Positions 58,192 to 64,000 of a stretch of 64,000 bases of DNA are shown here, in pieces. The translations under genes were made by a program, and so were the position numbers. The stretch lies in contig JACPSJ010000001.1 in assembly GCA_016193315.1 (NCBI GenBank), forward strand, positions 21,935 through 85,934, written 5' to 3'. Origin of the DNA: Candidatus Kerfeldbacteria bacterium (lineage in GTDB: Bacteria; Patescibacteriota; Patescibacteriia; SBBC01; CAIJZX01). Position 1 is the stretch's first letter. Each line of letters begins with the position of its first letter. The notes under the pieces are model-generated. The model searched no databases. It worked only from the letters and a program-made list of their open reading frames with translations, and had not been told where the DNA came from.

Positions 58192-58306
58192 AAGAAGTCT
58201 GACGGGGTACGCCGAGGAAGTCGCCCCGCCAAAAGGCGGGGCATCGTCCACGGCTTCGGCCGGCGGGTCCGAAAGGCCGTCCCGCCGAATGGCGGGACAC
58301 CGTCCA
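58180..58306 (+). repeat. 10-nt direct repeat (caccgtccac) of the tRNA-Val 3' end, flanking a 107-nt segment made of two GC hairpins
   Basis: caccgtccac at 58180..58189 and 58297..58306; between them cgccccgccaaaaggcggggc and gtcccgccgaatggcgggac. Confidence 0.45.
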
Positions 58307-58318
58307 CTAAAGCAAACC

Positions 58319-58576
58319 ATGACATTCTTCATCATTCTCGGAGTCATCGGCCTGGGCGCGTTGCTGGTCATCAAGACCCAGTGGTTCTACAACTTCACCG
58401 GCCCGATCGACTGGGCCGAACAGCATCTCGGCACGGAAGGCGGCACCCGGCTGTTCATCAAACTGATTGGCATCGCCATCATTCTTGGCGCCTTCCTGTG
58501 GGTGACCGGCGGGTTGCAGGCCATCCTGAACGGGATTTTCAAGCCTTTTGCGCAGACGTTGAATCCGGGGAAGTAA
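58319..58576 (+). CDS. small membrane protein (85 aa, 2 TM)
   Basis: ATG at 58319 after the repeat; hydrophobic. Confidence 0.4.
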   Translation: MTFFIILGVIGLGALLVIKTQWFYNFTGPIDWAEQHLGTEGGTRLFIKLIGIAIILGAFLWVTGGLQAILNGIFKPFAQTLNPGK

Positions 58577-58598
58577 TTCTCCGCCTCGCACCACGGTA

Positions 58599-58635
58599 GG
58601 GGTGTAGCTCAGCGGCAGAGTCCCGCTCCATATAT
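58599..58635 (+). repeat. tRNA 5'-half-like fragment (acceptor plus D-arm) followed by the palindrome ccatatatgg
   Basis: ggggtgtagctcagcggcagag resembles a tRNA acceptor and D-arm, abutting tRNA-Ala. Confidence 0.3.
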
Positions 58636-58708
58636 GGGCTGTTAGCTCAATTGGTAGAGCACCTCATTTGCAATGAGGAGGTCACCGGTTCGAGTCCGGT
58701 ACAGTCCA
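58636..58708 (+). tRNA. tRNA-Ala (TGC), no encoded CCA
   Basis: GGGCTGT (G3:U70)...anticodon loop TTTGCAA...TTCGAGT...ACAGTCCA. Confidence 0.8.
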
Positions 58709-58847
58709 TATCTAGTGCGGGACGAGGGTCAAGGGGCGAGCGAGGCGAGCGGGCAGCCGGTGGCTGCCCCGGGCGCGAAGCGTGACTCCCTTCATCTCCA
58801 TTTTGGTGCGGGACGACCCTCCTCAGGTCTAGAGTCCTCGAAAATGC

Positions 58848-59159
58848 ATGAAAAGACTATACATCATCAACATCAAAAGAGTGTACGCAAAGCCGCAAAA
58901 GAATGACGGATTTAGGATACTTGTTAACTGCCTCTGGCCAAGAGGTGTATCTAAGGAGAATACAAAAGTCGATCTTTCGCTCAAAGACATCGCCCCAAGT
59001 AACAAACTGAGGAAGTGGTTTAGGCATGATCCGAAAAAATGGATAAGGTTCCAAAGCAAATACAGGAAGGAGCTCGCCAAGAATAAGAAAGCCGTCACGC
59101 TTCTGAAAGATATTATCAAAAAAAAAGAGGGACGCGGCCTTGCTTTATTCGGCTTCTGA
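58848..59159 (+). CDS. DUF488 (YeaO-like) family protein in an AT-rich islet
   Basis: KRVYAKPQKNDGFRILVNCLWPRGVSKE...LSLKDIAPSNKLRKWF matches the E. coli YeaO pattern (RVYDP...DGYRVLVDRLWPRG); local GC much lower than the surroundings. Confidence 0.7.
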   Translation: MKRLYIINIKRVYAKPQKNDGFRILVNCLWPRGVSKENTKVDLSLKDIAPSNKLRKWFRHDPKKWIRFQSKYRKELAKNKKAVTLLKDIIKKKEGRGLALFGF

Positions 59160-59227
59160 CGAGTAACATAACCATGCTGTCGTGCTTAAGAAGTTCTTGA
59201 AATCATGAGCCCGCACTTTCCCATGCA

Positions 59228-59590
59228 ATGAAAGCTGAAATCGATCACCTCCAGAAGATCTTAACCGCCGGCGTTGTCATCGCCATCGGCTTGATCGTCC
59301 TAAAATACATCCCCATGGCCATCTGGGGGCCGAGTATTCTATTCGATGCCTCTGGGCACTTGTCCGGTGCGATCTTTGTGCTTTACGTGCTGTGGTTCTT
59401 CGTCGATCAGAACAAGCGATGGCGGTTGCCGTTCATCATCTTTGCCGCTTTTGTGCTGGTGGTAATTTCGCTGCAGCGGATCGTGGCCAATGCGCACAAT
59501 GATGTTGGTTTGTTGCTTGGCTTACTGGTCGGGCTGTCAGCGATCGGCGTGGCCGAATGGAAAACCATTAGGAAGCGGCTGGATTTCTAA
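59228..59590 (+). CDS. small PAP2-like membrane protein
   Basis: 4 TM helices; DASGH and R-x5-H-x2-D (QRIVANAHND), reminiscent of PAP2 motifs 2 and 3. Confidence 0.45.
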   Translation: MKAEIDHLQKILTAGVVIAIGLIVLKYIPMAIWGPSILFDASGHLSGAIFVLYVLWFFVDQNKRWRLPFIIFAAFVLVVISLQRIVANAHNDVGLLLGLLVGLSAIGVAEWKTIRKRLDF

Positions 59591-59604
59591 AATAAAGAAA
59601 AACT

Positions 59605-59632
59605 CCACGGACCGTAGCCCGTGGAGCCTCGA
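59605..59632 (+). terminator. hairpin terminator candidate
   Basis: aaaaactccacggaccgtagcccgtggag. Confidence 0.4.
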
Positions 59633-60123
59633 CTCTCTTGCCGCTCACGCCGCGACTGGTTCCAGCACTCGGCTGGGTTGCGATACCGGCACGGTGTCGG
59701 TGCGGCATTCCCGCAGCTGGGCCGGGACAGCGAGCTTGCCGTCCGGTCGGACCAACCGCTGCCGCAAGAAGCTGAGCAGGCCGCGGGGCAGAGGAGCGTC
59801 GTGGGGCCGATGGCCGCGCAAATGGGCGGCTTCGGCCGCGTTCAGTGAGCCGAGTAAGTGATCGGAGAGCATTGGGGGACCTCCGAGGAGAAGAAAAGGG
59901 GGGACTCGAAATACCTGGCTTTATGTGCAGCACACGGCGCGGCCGGCCGCGAGGGAGAGGGGGAAAGTACGACTTTTATTATTCTAGCTAACCCTCCGAT
60001 CTGGTGCAAGAAACCAACCATCGGCATCTTGGTTGAGATTCCGTTGCCGGCCGATCATCTTGACTCACCGCTAACGGCATGTTACATTCGGCCTGATTTG
60101 GCGTTTCGAAAGGAGGGCAGCGC

Positions 60124-60349
60124 CGTGACTGAACGTTACCAGGGGTTACTGGCCGAGATTCAAGCCGAGCTGGAACGGCGCCGGGCGATCCACCATCCAA
60201 CGAGAATCACCAGCGTCGAGCTCGTGGGTCAGCAGTTCGTTTTCACCATCACCGAAGACAGTAATCGGCGTCAGATCTCTGTTGACTTTGACCAGGCGCA
60301 ACTCGTGTTGGTCGGGATGAAGTCGTCTGGCCCACCCAAGCCGCCCTAG
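60124..60349 (+). CDS. hypothetical small protein (GTG start)
   Basis: AAGGAGGG 8 nt before the GTG. Confidence 0.3.
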
Positions 60350-60462
60350 TATCCTAGATCCCAGGCCGGCTTTTCTTTCACCAACGGGAATCTTGAACGA
60401 TTCTATGATATACGCTATTCTATCGAAGCATTTTTCTATTTCCTGATTGCTTGACATCGATC

Positions 60463-60548
60463 GATCGCACAGTGCCGCGGTAGCTCAGTGGTAGAGCGCA
60501 GGCCTGCCCGGCGGAGCCGGGTCCGGCTCTGCCGGAAAGAACCTGGCC
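60463..60548 (+). other. tRNA-Phe-like 5' half (acceptor, D-arm, 5' anticodon stem) followed by a ~42-nt GC-rich insert. Its first 18 nt form the outer inverted repeat
   Basis: GCCGCGGTAGCTCAGTGGTAGAGCGCAGGCCTG then cccggcggagccgggtccggctctgccggaaagaacctggcc; compare intact tRNA-Phe GCCTGGGTAGCTCAGTGGTAGAGCGCAGCCCTG. Confidence 0.45.
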
Positions 60549-60631
60549 CTTCGCTGCGGCTCAGGGTAAACTCTATCAGTTCGACTTGCCCCGCACCTCA
60601 CAAACAGTAGTTTTTTTCTCGCCTGGTGCCT

Positions 60632-60706
60632 GCCTGGGTAGCTCAGTGGTAGAGCGCAGCCCTGAAGAGGTTGGCGTCATCAGTTCGATTCTGATCCCAG
60701 GCACCA
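60632..60706 (+). tRNA. tRNA-Phe (GAA), CCA encoded
   Basis: GCCTGGG..anticodon stem CAGCC/GGTTG loop CTGAAGA..ATCAG TTCGATT CTGAT CCCAGGCACCA. Confidence 0.85.
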
Positions 60707-60916
60707 GGCGAGAACGGAATGAATGAGGTGCGGGGTTCTGACCCGCGGCACTGTGCGATCTTGGTAGCGAAGTGGGTCGAGCCGGTCTCGCGAAGCGAGA
60801 GCGACAGAACTGCTTCTGTCGCGGCCGGCGAGACGGGCAATCCCATGTTCCGAAGGAACGGGATTGCCCCGGAAGAGCGCCGGGCACGTAAAGGCACGCT
60901 TCGCGTCTCCACGTGC

Positions 60917-61027
60917 CAGGCCTGCCCGGCGAAGCCGGGTCCGGCTCCGGAACGTATAACGTTCCTCCGCCGGAAAGAGCCTGGCGTCGTCAGTTCTGCC
61001 GGACTCCGATCGGGGCTGATCCCAGAT
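60917..61027 (+). other. tRNA-Phe-like 3' half (anticodon arm onward) carrying two inserts
   Basis: CAGGC CTG [49-nt insert homologous to 60507..60548] AAAGA GCCTG GCGTC GTCAG TTC [20-nt insert] TGAT CCCAG; compare tRNA-Phe ...CTGAAGAGGTTGGCGTCATCAGTTCGATTCTGATCCCAGGCACCA. Confidence 0.45.
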
Positions 61028-61179
61028 ACTGAGCAGGGTAATGCGGCGAGGAGCGGGGCCCTGTCTCCCGGCGCCAGAAACCGGTGCCAAATAATTTTTG
61101 AGCAGCGCACCCATTGACCGGCGCCGAGTGTGTGATACCGTGTCTGAAGACAACATGGTGGCTTTCGACAGGAGACACC

Positions 61180-61485
61180 ATGTCCAACATATTAACCATG
61201 AGAGAGCTCAAAGCATCTATCGAAGAGGTAAAAGGCCAGATTCGAGGGCTTGATCTTCGTGTGCAAGGAGTTGAGTTAGAGGTCAAAGACCTGCGGCAGG
61301 AAATGCGTCATGGCTTTCATGATGTTGACCAGAAATTTTCAAGTCTTCAGTCTTCTGTCGACCGGTATTTTAGGAAAACCGAGAGTTGGCACGACGAACA
61401 GGTGATACTGAAAGCCCGGCATGATCGGCTCAGCACCCCCCTGATCGATAGGGGAATTTTGACTAAAGAAGAAACGCTGTTGTAA
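61180..61485 (+). CDS. small coiled-coil protein in an AT-rich islet
   Basis: AGGAGA RBS; heptad-like LKASIEEVKGQIRGLDLRVQGVELEVKDLRQEM; local GC ~45%. Confidence 0.45.
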   Translation: MSNILTMRELKASIEEVKGQIRGLDLRVQGVELEVKDLRQEMRHGFHDVDQKFSSLQSSVDRYFRKTESWHDEQVILKARHDRLSTPLIDRGILTKEETLL

Positions 61486-61653
61486 GGTGATTCCCTAATT
61501 CCTCCCAAGCGATGGAACCTAGAGAGGCTCTTGCTTTTTATTACGTTTTACGATAATTTATTGATCTGTTACGGCCCGCTCCCCCGCACCGCTTTCTTCT
61601 CGCTCGTTCGGGTGCCGGGCGAGACTCAATACACATACATCCGCGGCCCACGT

Positions 61654-61729
61654 GGGCCGTTAGCTCAGCTGGTAGAGCAGCTGCCTCTTAAGCAGCGGGT
61701 CGCAGGTTCGAATCCTGCACGGCTCACCA
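61654..61729 (+). tRNA. tRNA-Lys (CTT), CCA encoded
   Basis: GGGCCGT..anticodon loop CTCTTAA..TTCGAAT..ACGGCTCACCA. Confidence 0.85.
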
Positions 61730-61861
61730 CGCGAGCCGCGGAATGGTAATCGCTAGCTCAATTGGGTCCGGCGAAGGGACGTATTACGTCCCGAAGCCGG
61801 ACGGGCAGAAGCGATCCCGCCGTACGGCGGGAGAGCGATCGGCGAGTTGCCAGTGGCAAGT

Positions 61862-61932
61862 CGCCGCTGCCCAGGAAGAGCAATTGCCTCTTAAGCAATG
61901 GGTTGGAGGTTCGAATCCTAGGCTGGTCACCA
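61862..61932 (+). repeat. degenerate tRNA-Lys(CTT)-like sequence (pseudo-tRNA)
   Basis: ...GCAATTGCCTCTTAAGCAATGGGTTGGAGGTTCGAATCCTAGGCTGGTCACCA has the anticodon and T-loop, but the D-arm/acceptor and T-stem are disrupted. Confidence 0.3.
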
Positions 61933-62325
61933 GCATTTTCACACGCAAGAAGCGCTCGTAGAAAAACTCATCATGGCAGAGCCAGATCCGGCGCCGCCGG
62001 AAAATTGACAACGATCGCGGCGGAACCGCCGGCGGATTTCTAAGGAGCGGCCTGCCCTGAGCCTGCCGAATGGGTCGAACCCTTTTCAAAATAGTTCACC
62101 AGCGGTGGCGCTTGAGGTTAACTCAATCGGGCCCGCGCCCGGCGGATCCGTATGTAACGCGGGGGCATTCTGCCAGACTTGACGTTTTTCCGGGATGATG
62201 TAGTATTGGGCGCGGGTATTCGTTTATTAGACAGATGAACAAGCTGGAGGGAGCTGCCACCAGGGTTGTTGATGTTAGGTTCCACGCCCGGTCAGGCGGT
62301 GTTGTTCTCGTGAACCGGACGTTCT

Positions 62326-63039
62326 ATGATGCGCTTTTCCGATCAAACTATCCTGGTCATCGCCCCCCATCCCGACGATGAGGTTTTTGGTTGTGGCGGT
62401 TTGATCTCTCGCGCCAAGCGCGAAGGCGCCAAAGTCCACGTTTTGTACATGACGGTCGGGACCACTCAAGATTTTTCGCGCCGGGGCGTCTCCACCCAAG
62501 ATGAACGGCTAGCAGAAATTGAACGAGTGGCCAAACGCCTGGGCTTTGATAACTACCGCATCGCCTTTCCCGGCAACAACTTTCATCTCCGACTCGATAT
62601 GGTGCCACAAAAAGACCTGATTCACGCCATTGAGCGGGGCGCGGAAATATCGTTGGAGTCGCTCCAGCCCTCGATGGTCATCACCTGCTCACCCCATGAC
62701 TACAACCAGGACCACCGGGCCGTCCATGAAGCCACCATCACGGCCACCCGACCGGCGGCTCCGGACGTCAAGAGTTTTCAGCCGTTGGTCCTGATGTACG
62801 ATCATCCGTCGAATGGCTGGACCGGCCGAGAGACGGTTCATGCCAAGAATCTATTTATCGCTCTCGACGAACAGGATCTGACCGCCAAACTTGAAGCGTT
62901 GAAGCTCTACCCGTCACAGCTGAAACACTCGAATAACCCCTTGTCAGTAGACGCGGTCCATACCCTGGCGACGCTGAACGGATTCATGTGCGGCACTCGT
63001 TATGCTGAAGCCTTCTTCGTCAAGCGGATCGTGGTATGA
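62326..63039 (+). CDS. PIG-L/LmbE-family N-acetylglucosaminyl deacetylase
   Basis: ILVIAPHPDDEVFGCGGLISRA...HVLYMT signature. Confidence 0.85.
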   Translation: MMRFSDQTILVIAPHPDDEVFGCGGLISRAKREGAKVHVLYMTVGTTQDFSRRGVSTQDERLAEIERVAKRLGFDNYRIAFPGNNFHLRLDMVPQKDLIHAIERGAEISLESLQPSMVITCSPHDYNQDHRAVHEATITATRPAAPDVKSFQPLVLMYDHPSNGWTGRETVHAKNLFIALDEQDLTAKLEALKLYPSQLKHSNNPLSVDAVHTLATLNGFMCGTRYAEAFFVKRIVV

Positions 63040-63114
63040 CCCGGTTAGAGCGTTCATGACCAAAGCATGGCGCCTCTTCAGACTGCCACCCCCGACACCC
63101 AGCGCTCTAACAAG

Positions 63115-63945
63115 ATGAGCCCAGTTCGGCTGTGCGGATATCAGCCGCAGTACTTTCCGCGGCTGCACTATTTCGCTCGGATTCTGGACGCCGAGATCTT
63201 TAAGGTTTCTGATGCTGTCCAATACGTCCGGCGCCATGTTTACGCCACCGCCGAGGGGCGGGGGAAAACTGATGTTTCGTACCAATCCCATACGGTCATC
63301 AAGTCTGCCCACGGGCCGCAACGGCTCGGTCTGCCGATCCTCCACGACGGAAAAGTACCGATTTTTCAAACCAAACTCGACTACCATTGGCCGTGGGTGC
63401 ACGACCACAGTCAAGCTATTCTCCTGTCGTACAGCAAGGCTCGTTTCGGACCCAGAATTGTCTCTCAAGCATCAGACCTCCTGCAAGTATCCTATCAGAG
63501 CTTGGCTGATCTCAGCCTGGCCACTATCCTCTGGGCCCTGAGCCGGATTTTGGACATGACCGAACTTCCCCGTGGATCAATTGCTCTCGACCACCTCAAC
63601 CGACGTCTGGCTGAACCTCATCCGTTCCGACTGAAACGAATCATCATCGCTTCCCAGGCCCCGCTGCCACCACCACAAGATTTTCCCGACGCCACGGAGT
63701 GGATCATTGCCTTTTGTCGACAGTACGGCGCAGACGAATACTACTACGGCGGGACGGCCGCCGCCGCTTACCTCGATCTGGATCGACTGATCAAGGCGGG
63801 AATTACTCCCGTCATCCAGGACTGGAAATGCCAGGAGTATTCCCAGCGCTATCCCCAGGCCGGGTTCATTCCGAACCTGTCGATCATCGACCTGCTGGCC
63901 AACGAGGATCGAACCCGGGTTGTACAGATTCTTCAGGGCGCCTAG
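63115..63945 (+). CDS. WbqC-like family protein
   Basis: MSPVRLCGYQPQYFPRLHYFARILDAEIFKVSDAVQY resembles the WbqC N-terminal motif (QPnYlPwlGYF..i..aD.fv..DdVqf). Confidence 0.7.
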   Translation: MSPVRLCGYQPQYFPRLHYFARILDAEIFKVSDAVQYVRRHVYATAEGRGKTDVSYQSHTVIKSAHGPQRLGLPILHDGKVPIFQTKLDYHWPWVHDHSQAILLSYSKARFGPRIVSQASDLLQVSYQSLADLSLATILWALSRILDMTELPRGSIALDHLNRRLAEPHPFRLKRIIIASQAPLPPPQDFPDATEWIIAFCRQYGADEYYYGGTAAAAYLDLDRLIKAGITPVIQDWKCQEYSQRYPQAGFIPNLSIIDLLANEDRTRVVQILQGA

Positions 63946-64000
63946 AATAGCGAAATGAAAACGAGGAGGTATCTTATCGTCGTCGTGGGCCTAGTGGCGG

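Noticed and set aside
59568-59933. Minus-strand ORFs 59568..59933 and 59645..59872 downstream of the PAP2-like gene
   Set aside because: One is Pro/Arg/Ala low-complexity. The 75-aa one has a possible GGAGG RBS but no other support, so it was left unannotated
1-64000. CRISPR arrays, rRNA genes, integrase or transposase genes
   Set aside because: No regularly spaced direct repeats, no rRNA-like conserved stretches and no recombinase motifs were seen anywhere in the window. The mobile-element hypotheses rest only on tRNA-associated repeats and low-GC islets

Overview
This 64-kb window is GC-rich (~60%) and densely coded, and looks like it comes from a monoderm or Patescibacteria-like bacterium. 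The evidence for that is a short 417-aa S1 protein, a short SMC protein, an LAETG sortase-type surface protein and several small zinc-ribbon proteins. I did the annotation by eye from the ORF track and the raw sequence. All family assignments rest on recognised motifs and none comes from a database search.

Housekeeping genes include the l32-nusB-rnc-smc cluster, gyrA, rpsA, a MacB/FtsX-type ABC transporter, ftsH, rluD, rplS, proline dehydrogenase, a PP2C phosphatase and an MDR-family dehydrogenase.

The most accessory-looking regions are these.
- 334..3778: a three-gene module that looks like a split PEP-synthase or rifampin-phosphotransferase-like enzyme without a PEP-binding barrel.
- 19.2..30.1 kb: a type IV pilus / competence-like locus. 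It has a CheY-like regulator, PilB, a PilC fused to a C-terminal SH3b-like domain, four pilin-like genes (one a 577-aa pilin with a PilY1-like repeat domain), a major pilin with an extended -10 promoter, and a 1080-aa multi-domain histidine kinase.
- 32.6..43.0 kb: a redox and copper island. It contains VKOR, a frameshifted DsbA-like gene, a YHS protein, a Cys-rich pilin, CopA, CsoR with a G-tract operator, CopZ, and a CcdA/DsbD-like membrane protein fused to a cupredoxin-like domain.
- 39.33..39.68 kb: what looks like a tandem pair of SAM-I (S-box) riboswitches in front of a protein of unknown function.
- 46.3, 48.5, 55.7 and 58.1..61.9 kb: an unusual tRNA landscape with tRNAs TAT, Val-GAC, Leu-GAG, Val-TAC, Ala-TGC, Phe-GAA and Lys-CTT. 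Almost every tRNA is flanked by a leader and trailer that pair across the encoded CCA. Several have degenerate partial tRNA copies or short direct repeats next to them, and there are AT-rich islets with small genes. The tRNA-Phe locus sits inside nested inverted repeats, with split tRNA-Phe-like halves that carry a shared ~45-nt insert.

A structured ~115-nt element occurs twice (9.03 and 10.02 kb). A CCTCCT/AGGAGG hairpin motif recurs in intergenic regions.
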